Source of the DNA: Gammaproteobacteria bacterium
Lineage (GTDB): Bacteria; Pseudomonadota; Gammaproteobacteria; Eutrophobiales; Eutrophobiaceae
Direction of reading: 5' to 3'
DNA: 64,000 bases
Assembly: GCA_965215365.1 (NCBI GenBank)
Contig: CBDCDS010000003.1
Location: forward strand, 960,001-1,024,000
In this document: positions 50,802-60,936 of the stretch, one piece after another
Layout: each line of letters begins with the position of its first letter
Numbering within the stretch: position 1 is the first letter of the stretch
Notes under the pieces: model-generated
Databases searched by the model: none
The model's input: the letters and a program-made list of their open reading frames with translations, nothing else
Told to the model about the DNA's origin: nothing
Position numbers and translations under genes: made by a program

Positions 50802-51302
50802 ATGTCTCAACCACGTAAGGTCTCCGTGCTGTTCGTCTGCTTGGGCAACATCTGCCGCTCGCCCGCGGCGGAAGGTGTCTTCCGGTGCTATGTCGAACAA
50901 CAGGGCATTGCCGATCACATTGACATCGATTCCGCCGGCACTACCGACTACCACCGCGACAAATCTGCAGACCCGCGTATGCGCGCCGCCGCATCCCGGC
51001 GCGGTTACCCGCTGACATCCGTCGCGCGCCAGGTCCTGCCCGAAGACCTGCACCGGTTCGACCTGATCGTGGCCATGGACCGGGACAACCTGCACTACCT
51101 GCAGGAGCTTGCCGGCGGCCCGCAAACCCGTATCAGACTGCTTGGCTCGTTCCTGCCCGAGCATCAGGGACACCCGGAACAAGCCCCCGAAGTGCCGGAC
51201 CCCTACTACGGCGGCGACCAGGGTTTTGAAAAAGTGCTGGATATGATCGAGCGCGCCTGCCCCGCTCTCTGCGCCGCCTGCCGCAAGCCGGTTGGGGATT
51301 AA
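50802..51302 (+). CDS. Low molecular weight protein-tyrosine phosphatase
   Basis: VCLGNICRS, DSAGT, VPDPYYG. Confidence 0.95.
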   Translation: MSQPRKVSVLFVCLGNICRSPAAEGVFRCYVEQQGIADHIDIDSAGTTDYHRDKSADPRMRAAASRRGYPLTSVARQVLPEDLHRFDLIVAMDRDNLHYLQELAGGPQTRIRLLGSFLPEHQGHPEQAPEVPDPYYGGDQGFEKVLDMIERACPALCAACRKPVGD

Positions 51303-51610
51303 CTGCACAGATTCTACTACCCGGCGAATGTCCACTATCCACTGACAGGGAGTGGGCCAGCGGGTGTTAGGATCCGGGTCGGACAGGAAAGTGGTGACGC
51401 CATTCAGTTGTTTGGCGATGAGGAGTCCCCTGTTTCCCCATTGAACCAAGCCGCGGTAACCGCATGAAATATAGCGGTTGACATGCGCGACAGTTTAACC
51501 GAAACTTCATTACGAAGAGGTGCCAGGGGGCCCAATTTGTAATCTGTTTGCTTGAGCGCTGCAACAATACATATCAAATCAAATATTATCTGAACGGAGA
51601 TCAAGGAGCC

Positions 51611-52003
51611 ATGGGAGCAATCTATACAAACGTTGTTATTCGCAATCCGGCTGATCGGAACAAGAGTTGGGAGGGTCGTTTCCTAGTCGATACCGGCGCT
51701 ACAGAATCACTCGTGCCGGCGCCTTGCCTGGAAGCAATTGGCCTCAAACCCATGGGCCAACGCGTGTATGAATTGGCAGATGGCAGTGAAATAGAGCTGG
51801 GCATTACGCCTGGCGTCATCGAATTCATGGGAGAAATCGTCGGCACCACGTTGGTTTTTGGCGCCGCTGATGCCGAGCCGCTGCTGGGCGTGACCGCGCT
51901 GGAATCGGCAGCCGTGGAGGTTGACCCGCGCCACCAGAAACTCAAAAAATTACCCGCAGGCAAGCTCAAGCGCAAATGTAGCGGATTGCCGCTTGCCGCT
52001 TAA
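51611..52003 (+). CDS. Clan AA (retropepsin-like) aspartic protease
   Basis: FLVDTGA, LLGVTALE; AGGAG RBS. Confidence 0.88.
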   Translation: MGAIYTNVVIRNPADRNKSWEGRFLVDTGATESLVPAPCLEAIGLKPMGQRVYELADGSEIELGITPGVIEFMGEIVGTTLVFGAADAEPLLGVTALESAAVEVDPRHQKLKKLPAGKLKRKCSGLPLAA

Positions 52004-52017
52004 AAACGCTGCCGGTC

Positions 52018-52419
52018 GTGAGTAAAAGTCTGCTTACCCACAAAGGCGGCTGCCATTGCGGCGCAGTGTGGTTTGAGGTCGATGCGCCAGCAGCGGTCAT
52101 AGTACTGGACTGTAACTGCTCCATTTGCCGCATGAGTGGCTACCTGCACCTGCAGGTGCTGAAAGCGCGCTTCCGGTTACTGCGAGGTGAGGACGTCCTG
52201 TCCACCTACACTTTTAACACCGGTACCGCGCAACACTATTTTTGCCGCGTCTGCGGGGTCAAGTCATTCTACGTGCCGCGCTCCTTCCCCGAGGGTTACA
52301 GTGTCAACCTCAACTGCCTGGACAAAACGCACATCACCTGCATAACAGTAGAAAAGTTCGACGGCGATAACTGGGAAGCGGCTTACGACAGGAAAAAACA
52401 CGCGCCGCAGGATAGTTGA
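52018..52419 (+). CDS. GFA/CENP-V family protein
   Basis: GGCHCGAV, CNCSIC, FCRVCG. Confidence 0.92.
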   Translation: MSKSLLTHKGGCHCGAVWFEVDAPAAVIVLDCNCSICRMSGYLHLQVLKARFRLLRGEDVLSTYTFNTGTAQHYFCRVCGVKSFYVPRSFPEGYSVNLNCLDKTHITCITVEKFDGDNWEAAYDRKKHAPQDS

Positions 52420-52479
52420 ACGCGAACGAATTTCCGGTTGCACACATCCGCCCCCAGCGATAGTCGCCGTTATTGGCGC

Positions 52480-53170
52480 TCACGCCGCCCAGTCAACAAT
52501 CATCAGGTTGCGATCAAGGGCTTTGAGGGCGTTTTCAATCTGGCCGATTTCAGAGCGGTGGTCCGGGTCAAGCAGTTTGCGCACTGCGCCTGCGCTCAAG
52601 CCCAGTGTTCGGGCAAGCGCGGTTGTGGTTATATCCTGTTTGCGCATGGCTGTGTACAGCGCTAGTACTCTTTCCATTTAATTCTGACCGGTTCAGAGCT
52701 AACCAGCGCCGCCAGGACAAGGCGCAGCCCGCAGGGAATGGCGCGCCCTTGCCAAGGGCTGTAACGCCGTATTGGCGGCGCTGGTTAGCTCCCTGCGGGC
52801 GGGCCGGGAAGCGGTCGCTCGCGGCGTTACACCGCTTGGCAAGGGCGCGCCATTCCCTGCGCGGCGTGCCTTGCGTTCAACCGCTTCCCGACCCGCTGAA
52901 CCGGTCAGAATTAAATGGAAAGAGTACTAGTTTGGCTGCAACAATCAGCGGCAAGGTGACAAGTTCCTGACCATCGACCGCAGCGCTGGGTTCCGGTATC
53001 CCTTCGCGCGCGTAAACGTATGCGCACAAGGCTGCCACCAGAGCGTCAGTAGCCTGCTCCAGCGCATCACGCCGATCACTCCCGCAGGTAAGGGCTGCGG
53101 GGATATCGGGAAAAGAAACGGAAACGCCGTCTTCTTCCGGTTTTAACATGCATGGGTAGGCGTATTGCAT
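52480..53170 (-). pseudogene. hicB: HicB antitoxin interrupted by a 261-bp MITE
   Basis: VSFPDIPAALTCG N-terminus; removing the MITE restores ...AAKL-ALYTAMR...LARTLG (HTH). Confidence 0.88.
52666..52926. mobile_element. 261-bp MITE with perfect 31-bp terminal inverted repeats
   Basis: TACTCTTTCCATTTAATTCTGACCGGTTCAG at both ends; CTAG duplicated at 52662-52665 and 52927-52930. Confidence 0.93.
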
Positions 53171-53480
53171 CAAAATTCTTCCTTTGCAATATCAAGGGCG
53201 CCTCTAAAAATTAGAGGCACCCGTGCAGCATAAGGATATGCTGCCAGTAACAGCAAGCACGTAAGTGCTTGAAAATGAAGGAAACGGAAAATCGCACTTT
53301 TCCGTTTCCGTCTCTGCTTATGTGCCACGGAGGGCATTTTTAGAGGTTGCCTCAAGTTGCTTCAACATATTACGAAAGGTATCTGTTGCCAGTTCACCAT
53401 ATTTGACCGCTGTGCGTTGATCGCCGACATAAAGTATGCCGTGACTGCCCTTGCCGGAACGGGGATTATATCGATATAGC
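53170..53480 (-). pseudogene. hicA: HicA toxin, 5'-truncated and interrupted by a MITE
   Basis: GKGSH motif; removing the MITE restores ...MLKQL-DIAKEEF* overlapping the hicB start. Confidence 0.8.
53196..53351 (-). mobile_element. 156-bp MITE (CCTCTAAAAA family)
   Basis: Reverse-complement homolog of 46465..46615; TSD TCAA at 53192-53195 and 53352-53355. Confidence 0.85.
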
Positions 53481-53539
53481 CTGCTACTCCCAATGCGGTT
53501 TTTCCAGATCGGCGGGTACATCTATCTGACGCTTGTCCG

Positions 53540-54841
53540 TCATGGTTTTTTCCTGGCGCTCTGTCCGTTCATCACGATACACAGAGTTGCCCCGATTGCG
53601 GCGGCGGCGGGGGCGAAAGCCATTGCACAAACAAGCCAGAGTTGACTTGCTTCGGGCATCGGCTCGCCGGACGTGTAGCCGATAAGGCCAAGTATCCATC
53701 CCAGTAACCATCCCCCCAGACCCAGGCCGATCTTGGATGAAAAGGTAAAGATACCAAATGCAATCAAATCATTGGATCCAGGCGCTGAAGCATTCTGGAG
53801 ACTGTCTGCAAGCATGGTCCAGACCAGAACCCCCATGGCGCTCGTGGTCGAGGCTAAGAGCGCGGTTCCGACGGTGGCATGCGCCATACTGTTTGTCGAT
53901 GTCAAAACAAAATACGCACCCGACGCGAGCACCAGAGCCGTAATGCCCAGAAGTGCCTGCCGACGGGGAAAACGCACCAAAGTGATCACGACCGGCTGGC
54001 TGAGCAGAGTCGCAATCGCGATAGTCGATAGCAGTGACCCCGTTATCCTCACATCGTTAAGAGCGTAAGCTGTAAAAAAAGGCAGCAGTTTTCCGAAGAG
54101 CGGCCACCCAATCGACAGAAAAAAGATTGCGATAAAAAGGCTTCTTAAGTCTCGTTTTCTGATGGTATCGATAAAGGCGCTCCTGAACGAGCCAGGTGCG
54201 CTCTCGCCCCGTTCTGCATCGACAACATCACGCGCCAAAAGATACAAAATTACGGATGTGGCAACGGCAACGACGACAAACGTTAGCGCAGTGGCGGTAA
54301 AACCTTGGGCCTGTTGCGCCAGATCTGCATCACTTAGAACCAGAGTAGCGGCAAACGCAACCGTAAGCGTTGCAAGCGCGCTCAATGCGGTGCGAATCGA
54401 CGAGAGTATTAAACGCTCGTCATCGCTATTCGCCAAGCGCCGCAGCAAAGTATTTTGCGGGACATCGAATAGAGTGTAAGCCGTGCGAAACAGTATGCCG
54501 ACGACCAAGGCATACGCGGTGAGGCCGGTTACATCGAGAGCCGGCTTGAAAAAAACCAACATGAAAGCGCCCGAGCTTAGGATGGCGCCACACAGTTGAT
54601 AGCCGATCAGATCCCTGGTGGATGCCTGCCGTCTCCCAAAAATCATGCCGATCAAAGGGTCGGTTGTGGCGTCCCACAAAAGAAAAACAAGCAGGAGTAT
54701 TCCAAGCGTAGCTGACGGGATCCGGTAAACTTCAGCCAGATAAAAACCGAATAGCAGTTCTGTCGTGTACCAGAACAGGCTCTTGCCGTAATGGGACGTC
54801 GAATAAGCTGCCTGAGTGAGTCTTTGATTTAATTTTTCCAA
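53540..54841 (-). CDS. MFS/GPH (MelB-like) sugar transporter
   Basis: WDATTDPLIG, YTLFDVPQ; about 12 TM segments. Confidence 0.88.
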   Translation of the reverse strand: MEKLNQRLTQAAYSTSHYGKSLFWYTTELLFGFYLAEVYRIPSATLGILLLVFLLWDATTDPLIGMIFGRRQASTRDLIGYQLCGAILSSGAFMLVFFKPALDVTGLTAYALVVGILFRTAYTLFDVPQNTLLRRLANSDDERLILSSIRTALSALATLTVAFAATLVLSDADLAQQAQGFTATALTFVVVAVATSVILYLLARDVVDAERGESAPGSFRSAFIDTIRKRDLRSLFIAIFFLSIGWPLFGKLLPFFTAYALNDVRITGSLLSTIAIATLLSQPVVITLVRFPRRQALLGITALVLASGAYFVLTSTNSMAHATVGTALLASTTSAMGVLVWTMLADSLQNASAPGSNDLIAFGIFTFSSKIGLGLGGWLLGWILGLIGYTSGEPMPEASQLWLVCAMAFAPAAAAIGATLCIVMNGQSARKKP

Positions 54842-55027
54842 GATCTGACATGCCGCTCAGGCTTTACATGGTGGGGCGCCGAGCTATCTGTTTTATTGAT
54901 CGCGTTGCAAAACCCGACTCCTGCGTCAAACGCAGGGCGGCGAGAATTCAAGCCGCGGTTAGGGCAACCGCACACTTTGCAAGTACCGGAGAGGCTCCAT
55001 CATGCATAGCAGAGAGTTGTCATGGCT

Positions 55028-56170
55028 TCAGAATGTAAAATATTTATCCTGGAATGGGGTAAGAGACGCGCCGATGGCAGCTGCGTCCCCTCGGCACTCC
55101 GCAGGGATGATTGTGGCATGTTCACGCTCGACTGCTCTGCGTTTGATGTCAAAGAATTTTATTTTTGGAATAAGCCGTTCAGCAAGGACACTTGGCATAA
55201 AGCCGCCCAGCACAATCGCTTCGGTGTCAAGGACCGCGCTAATGGCCGATACAATTATGGAAAGAGCAGGCCGTGTTTCTTCAATCCAGGTATCGATCCC
55301 TATCCAGGAATCATCGAACTTGGTCACCAGCTCGTTGACGGTCTTTATCTCATTGCCCTCTGCATTGACATACTTTCTCAACAACTCCAGGGTCGGTCGC
55401 TTGTCGAATAACTCCAGCGGCACAATACCAGCGAATTCACCGGCGTTTCCGCGCGCGCCTTGCATCAGATTTCCCTCGATTATCAGGCCGCCACCGATGC
55501 CGGCTGCAAAATAGACGTACGCGAAATTGCTCATCTTGCGCCCGACACCCGTCATGTTTTCCGCTAGTGCGGCAGCGTTGCCGTCATTGCCTGCCCAAAC
55601 AGGTAACCTCAGCTCTGAAGAAAAAAAGTCCTCAAGATCGAGAAGAGCAAATTCTTCCAGCGAAGGTGGCGTGTTGAACGTTGCTCCATTACCAATCCGG
55701 AACCCTGTGGTGGCGACTCCCATACCAAAGATCTGTTGTTGATGGATTCCCGCCTTGGAGGTTAGTGACTGCATAGCTTGTGAAACAGCAGAAACAACCC
55801 CCGTTTTTGTCAGTGCACTGGGTTTCGGTTGCTCATAAGCAACGGTGTTGCCGGCAAAATCTGTCAGATTCAGAGCGATACCGTCGGCCATCAAAGACAG
55901 TCCGAAGGTGTAGGCATAATGCGGGTTCAAACCCAGCATGGAGCTAGGCTGTCCGCGCTGATTTTTCAGTTTCGGGGCGCGCCGTGAAATCAGACCTCTT
56001 GCTTCCAAAGCGGTCGCCATCCGGGAGATGGATTGTTGTGATAGCGGTAGCGCCGCGGTGAGGTCCGCTTGTGTACAAACACCACGGCGGAACAGCTGGC
56101 CCAGCAAAAGCTTTTCGCTTTTCAACACGGTCTGACGTTTCTCGTCGATCATGAAAACCGCCGGAATCAT
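55028..56170 (-). CDS. ROK family transcriptional repressor (start uncertain)
   Basis: N-terminal HTH, NDGNAAALAE, GIGGG, GNAGEF. Confidence 0.92.
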   Translation of the reverse strand: MIPAVFMIDEKRQTVLKSEKLLLGQLFRRGVCTQADLTAALPLSQQSISRMATALEARGLISRRAPKLKNQRGQPSSMLGLNPHYAYTFGLSLMADGIALNLTDFAGNTVAYEQPKPSALTKTGVVSAVSQAMQSLTSKAGIHQQQIFGMGVATTGFRIGNGATFNTPPSLEEFALLDLEDFFSSELRLPVWAGNDGNAAALAENMTGVGRKMSNFAYVYFAAGIGGGLIIEGNLMQGARGNAGEFAGIVPLELFDKRPTLELLRKYVNAEGNEIKTVNELVTKFDDSWIGIDTWIEETRPALSIIVSAISAVLDTEAIVLGGFMPSVLAERLIPKIKFFDIKRRAVEREHATIIPAECRGDAAAIGASLTPFQDKYFTF

Positions 56171-56248
56171 TGCGTCGCGTGTCACTTTAATCATCCGATT
56201 ATTTGTTATGGGGTATTTCGATAATAACAAAAAAGTCGCGTAATTTGT

Positions 56249-56315
56249 TTACTCACCAAGCGTAAAAATTTTCAAAACTGTTGACTCTCTTTTATTACTT
56301 ACTTATGGTGAGTAA
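56249..56315. promoter_or_regulatory. Paired putative ROK operators and sigma70 promoter
   Basis: TTACTCACCAAGCGTAA (56249) and TTACTTATGGTGAGTAA (56299) are inverted copies; TTGACT-N17-TATGGT at 56281-56309. Confidence 0.6.
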
Positions 56316-56376
56316 TAAAAGTCATTCGTCTGCCAGTGCATCAAATTTTTGTACGATATCTGAAGAGGAAATAAAC

Positions 56377-59037
56377 ATGCTGAAAAATACTACTATTTGC
56401 CTGTTAGTCATCTCGGTCCTCACGCCGCCGGCCAGTTGGGCGCAAGATGCCATAACGGGTGGTGCCGATCAGGTGCAGGATGTGGTCGAAGAAATCGTTG
56501 TCAGAGGGACGCGGCGCCAGCTCAGAGACGCAATCATTGAGAAGCGTGAACTCGACCAAATCTCTGATGTCCTCACGGAGGATGATATGGGCAATCTTCC
56601 CGACTTTAACGCCGCTGAGGCCTTAGCGCGTATCCCCGGTGTTACCGTTGCCAATGACCAGGCCGAGGGACGCTTCGTGACGATTCGCGGCCTGAATTCA
56701 AATTTTAATCAGACGACAGTGGATGGCGTTGAAGTTTCTTCAACGGATGTTGATGGGCGTCGCATCGAGATGGATGTCATTCCGGCTTCGCTAGCCGGTT
56801 CAGTTCAGGTTATAAAGTCATTGACACCGGACATGGACGCAAGCGCGATCGGCGGTACGATTAATTTTGTTTCCCGTTCACCCTTTGATTACGAAGATAA
56901 TTTTTTTGCTGTGACCGGCGCAATCGGCGCCTTCGAAAACGGCAGCGGGTACAATGGCGGTTCGCCAAGTGGTAATGCGGATTTTGTCTGGTCAGACAAA
57001 TTTGGCCCTGGTGAACAGTTCGGTCTGGTTGTTTCGGGCAACTACTACCGGCGTGATTCCTACCTGGGTCGAATCGAACAGGGCGATGAAATCCTGTTTG
57101 CAGATGCTTCCCTTGGAGAAACAATAAGTGCGCGCAGTAATCGAACTGAGCCCTATGGCAGCGATCTCTATATTCCGGAGGAGTGGAAGGCCCTGGATTA
57201 CCATAATCTACGCCAACGATACGGGGGCAGTTTCAAATTTGAATACCGACCGTCCGATCGTATGCGTACCTGGTTACGCGGCTATTTTAACCAAGCCGAT
57301 GACGAAGAAGCGCGTATGGAGACAAAAATGTGGAATCGCGAGCGCAACGCGCGTGTCAGCTACGACACGCCGACCACCGGAACCCTGGAAAATACTGAAT
57401 GGACGACCCAACTCGGACGCTTTGATTTCAAACGGCAAACTTTCGGCATAAAGCTTTCGGGCGATTATTTCATCGGTGATAAATTGCTGCTGGAGCCGAC
57501 GCTCAATTATTCGGGTTCCACTTATGAACAGCCGCAAAAATGGCATCGATTTGTGCAAAGATCAGCGGATTTCAATTTCAATACATCGTCAAGAATCACC
57601 CAGTGGATGCCTGCGTCGGATGATGCCTTTGATGCCAGCCTGTTCGACTACCAAAAGCATGAAATCAATACGGACGAATTGGATGAAGATATTTTTTCCG
57701 CCGGCCTGAACCTCGGTTGGAACAACCGGGCCGATGACATCGGTCTTGGTTTCGGCGCTGGCTTTAAGTACCAGCACAAGGAAAAAACCTACGACTATGA
57801 GCGCACCGAGTACCGGTTTGGGGATGGTCTTACGTTAGCGGACATTGAATGGTCGCGCGGTTGTCCCGATGAAATGCCGAGTTGCGACAGCGATATGTTC
57901 ATAACAATGGATTCCGGATCCATTGATTCTCTTACGGAGGCATTTCTTGATTCGGCCGATACAGACCTGCGTGACAACGAAGACGACGACAATAATCGCG
58001 ATTACAACGCGGTTGAGGAGGTCACAGCGGGTTACCTGCTTATTCGCCACGCCGGTGAGAAACACCTGCTTATCGGTGGCGCTCGGTATGAGGACACCAA
58101 CTTCGATTCAACAGGTCGTCGCGAAGATAAAAATCTGGGAGAATTTGTTCCCACCTCAAACAAAAATAATTATGAGAACTGGCTTGGTTCTGCCACGCTG
58201 CGTTACGACCTGGGCGAGAAACTCGTATTGCGTGCAGCTTTCGCGCAGTCAATTTCCCGTCCGAGGCTTTCAAGGCAAGCGGCGCGAGGTGAAAGTCAAG
58301 ACTTTGACGGATCGGAAATCGTCATTACTCGCGGCAACCCGAATTTACGCCCCCGTGAGGCAAACAATTTTGATCTCGGCGTCGAATGGTATTTTGGAGA
58401 GAGCGCCGGCCTGTTGTCGGTTGCAGTATTTTACAAGATCATTGATAACGAAATTTTTCGTACCACACGTGATGCAGAGATTTTGTTTGATCAGGACGGT
58501 AACGGCACAGAAGAGCTCACGTCTGCCCGTATTCGCGAGTATGTCAATGGCGATGACGCAAAGCTGTTGGGGCTTGAAATTGGTCTGACCAAGGAGCTTG
58601 ACGAGTTCATCCCGGGACTGGGTTTTAACTTCAACGTGACCGTGCTCGACAGCAAATTTGACGTGGAATTGGAAGACGGCGAGAGCCGTTCCCCAAGAAC
58701 TTTCATCCAACAAGCAGACTTTACCGCAAATGGTGTTGTTTACTATCAAAGAGGACGGTTCGAGGCGCGTGCCGCTATCAATCATACCGGACTGAAGTTG
58801 AACAACTTATACGCCGGTAATATCAATGACTCTTATCGCGATCAGTATGATAAGGCGCGCACGCAGGTCGATGCACAGTTACGTTATGACGTAACAAACC
58901 GGTTCAGTCTCTATGCAAACGCAACAAACCTGTTGGGCGCGGAGCAATATGAACTTTTCGGGAGGGCTCAGGAACTCACCCGCTGGGAGTCCGATTTCGG
59001 ACGTTCTTTCTTTGTCGGCGCATCTTTTCGCCGCTGA
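56377..59037 (+). CDS. TonB-dependent receptor
   Basis: Signal peptide, EEIVVRG, AEALARIPGV, KSLTPDMD, GNPNL. Confidence 0.93.
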   Translation: MLKNTTICLLVISVLTPPASWAQDAITGGADQVQDVVEEIVVRGTRRQLRDAIIEKRELDQISDVLTEDDMGNLPDFNAAEALARIPGVTVANDQAEGRFVTIRGLNSNFNQTTVDGVEVSSTDVDGRRIEMDVIPASLAGSVQVIKSLTPDMDASAIGGTINFVSRSPFDYEDNFFAVTGAIGAFENGSGYNGGSPSGNADFVWSDKFGPGEQFGLVVSGNYYRRDSYLGRIEQGDEILFADASLGETISARSNRTEPYGSDLYIPEEWKALDYHNLRQRYGGSFKFEYRPSDRMRTWLRGYFNQADDEEARMETKMWNRERNARVSYDTPTTGTLENTEWTTQLGRFDFKRQTFGIKLSGDYFIGDKLLLEPTLNYSGSTYEQPQKWHRFVQRSADFNFNTSSRITQWMPASDDAFDASLFDYQKHEINTDELDEDIFSAGLNLGWNNRADDIGLGFGAGFKYQHKEKTYDYERTEYRFGDGLTLADIEWSRGCPDEMPSCDSDMFITMDSGSIDSLTEAFLDSADTDLRDNEDDDNNRDYNAVEEVTAGYLLIRHAGEKHLLIGGARYEDTNFDSTGRREDKNLGEFVPTSNKNNYENWLGSATLRYDLGEKLVLRAAFAQSISRPRLSRQAARGESQDFDGSEIVITRGNPNLRPREANNFDLGVEWYFGESAGLLSVAVFYKIIDNEIFRTTRDAEILFDQDGNGTEELTSARIREYVNGDDAKLLGLEIGLTKELDEFIPGLGFNFNVTVLDSKFDVELEDGESRSPRTFIQQADFTANGVVYYQRGRFEARAAINHTGLKLNNLYAGNINDSYRDQYDKARTQVDAQLRYDVTNRFSLYANATNLLGAEQYELFGRAQELTRWESDFGRSFFVGASFRR

Positions 59038-59061
59038 TTGAGCAGGTGTATCGAAGGGACG

Positions 59062-60069
59062 ATGAAATTGCCTCTTTACTTTTCCGCAGAGCCAACGTTT
59101 AGAGGCGCTTTTGTAAGAGGCGCCTGCGTATCAATGGCTCTCATGTTGAGCGCTGCGTACTCAATCACGGTGCAAGGAGTAAACGAGCACACCACTATAG
59201 AGGCAAGTCAAAACCATGATGCCGACACAATTATTTGTTTGACCGATCTTATTTTCCAATCGCTCCGCAACAGACAAACAAAGCGCGTTCTCGTGGCCGC
59301 CCATCGCGGCGTCCATCTTAATGCCCCGGAGAACTCGATCGCGGCAATCAATGCGGCTATTGCGCTGGGCGTTGACATTGTGGAGGTCGATGTGAGGCTC
59401 ACGGCTGACGGTATTCCTGTGTTGATGCACGATCCGGATATTTCGAGGACAACAACCGGCGCTGGACCGGTAGGAACGTTTATCTGGAGTCAGCTGAAGA
59501 CATTCCGCCTGCGCTTCTTAAATCAAATCACGGAGGAGAAAGTGCCCAGTCTGGAAATGGCGCTGGCGGCAGCTGCCGACCGTTTGATCGTGAACCTGGA
59601 CATAAAAACTGATGCTGTAGGGGATATTTTAGCGGTGGTATCGGCATCAAAAGCGTTAACTCGGGTAATTTTCTACAACGCTGATTTGGAAGTCCTTGCA
59701 AGGATTCGAGAGATAAACCCTGATGCCCTGGTGATGCCGCTGGCCCGGTCGGAAGCACAGGCCAGGTTTTATACGGACAGGCTTGACCTGGAAGCGGTTC
59801 ACCTCAGCGATGCATACATCAACCGGCAGCTCTCCCGATTTCTTGACGAACGCGGCGCCGCCGGCTGGGTTAACGCGCTTGGCAGAGTGGACGCACTCAT
59901 TGCGCATGGCAGCAGGAATGCTGCCGACAGCCTGATAAGTAACGGTGCAGATATCATTCAAACGGACCAGCCCGAAAGGCTGCTGGCGATTTTGGCAGCG
60001 AGAAAACTTCGTCCGAATTATTTGGGATTAAACGGAAATATCCCCTGCGGCAGATTGAGAATGGAATGA
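59062..60069 (+). CDS. Glycerophosphodiester phosphodiesterase family protein
   Basis: AAHRG, PENS, VEVDV, MHD, IQTD.P. Confidence 0.93.
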   Translation: MKLPLYFSAEPTFRGAFVRGACVSMALMLSAAYSITVQGVNEHTTIEASQNHDADTIICLTDLIFQSLRNRQTKRVLVAAHRGVHLNAPENSIAAINAAIALGVDIVEVDVRLTADGIPVLMHDPDISRTTTGAGPVGTFIWSQLKTFRLRFLNQITEEKVPSLEMALAAAADRLIVNLDIKTDAVGDILAVVSASKALTRVIFYNADLEVLARIREINPDALVMPLARSEAQARFYTDRLDLEAVHLSDAYINRQLSRFLDERGAAGWVNALGRVDALIAHGSRNAADSLISNGADIIQTDQPERLLAILAARKLRPNYLGLNGNIPCGRLRME

Positions 60070-60134
60070 ATATCATGCAAGACGCGTTGGTTCGGCTGAA
60101 ATATGGCCATTTTTTAGAGGTTCCTGCATCGGCT

Positions 60135-60773
60135 TTACGTTGCCAAATACAACTTTTTCAGTTCGGGCAGGTCGGTGGGTACATCCAGGTCAAACCCGGC
60201 TTCGGGTAGGGGCAGTGTCCTGATGCATTCGGCGTTATTTTTCAGAATCGATTTTGCCCCCGTATCGCCCTCCAGCGCCATGATTTGCGGGTAAAACCGC
60301 GCCGGGATAATGGCCGGCGTGCCTACGGTGCCTGCATAAGCGCTAGCCACGATGGCGGACGGATCGGTATTCCACAGCGCCAGCAGCAGGCGCAGCTGTT
60401 GCTCGGTAACCAATGCCTGATCGCATAACGTAACCAGCACGGCGCCACAATCCGGCTCAACACTGTTCAGCCCCGCCTTGAGAGAGGATGCCAGCCCCTG
60501 TCGCCAATCCTTGTTGAGAACAACCTTTACCGGCAAATCACCGACAGCCTGTGCCACCGCCTCCGAGTCGGCGCCGACGACAACAATGATCCGGTCGGGG
60601 GCGAACAGCCCGCTCAGCCTGTCAACGCCAAGCCGAACCAGACTGCAGCCGTTTACTTCGACCAGTTGTTTACAGCGGCCGTACCTGCTCGACCCACCGG
60701 CAGCCAGAACCATAGAAGCCGGCCCTGCTATCGGACGCTTGTCCGCCATAGTCTTTTCAGGGTTATTACTCAA
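60135..60773 (-). CDS. MocA/MobA-like nucleotidyltransferase
   Basis: VLAAGGSSRYG, LCDQ, GDTGA, DLD. Confidence 0.88.
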   Translation of the reverse strand: MSNNPEKTMADKRPIAGPASMVLAAGGSSRYGRCKQLVEVNGCSLVRLGVDRLSGLFAPDRIIVVVGADSEAVAQAVGDLPVKVVLNKDWRQGLASSLKAGLNSVEPDCGAVLVTLCDQALVTEQQLRLLLALWNTDPSAIVASAYAGTVGTPAIIPARFYPQIMALEGDTGAKSILKNNAECIRTLPLPEAGFDLDVPTDLPELKKLYLAT

Positions 60774-60861
60774 GTTATTTGCGAGAGAGAAAAACGCATC
60801 CGTTTCTAATTCGTCATTGAAGGAGCTGAGATGAGCGGATTCTTGTTTGGATTGTAACCCC

Positions 60862-60916
60862 TTGAGAGCAATTATGTTGCCTAAGGCAACAAGCGACTGG
60901 GTGAGATATGCGGGTT
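60862..60916. repeat. One end of the ACCCGCA-MITE family
   Basis: gcaattatgtt...aacaagcgactgggtgagatatgcgggtt matches 63153-63201. Confidence 0.75.
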
Positions 60917-60936
60917 AGTGGGGTACAATACTGCGT

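Noticed and set aside
53196-60124. Clean MITE-bounded composite transposon
   Set aside because: The left MITE has its own TSD inside hicA and no matching TCAA follows the right-hand end, so a single transposition event is not supported.
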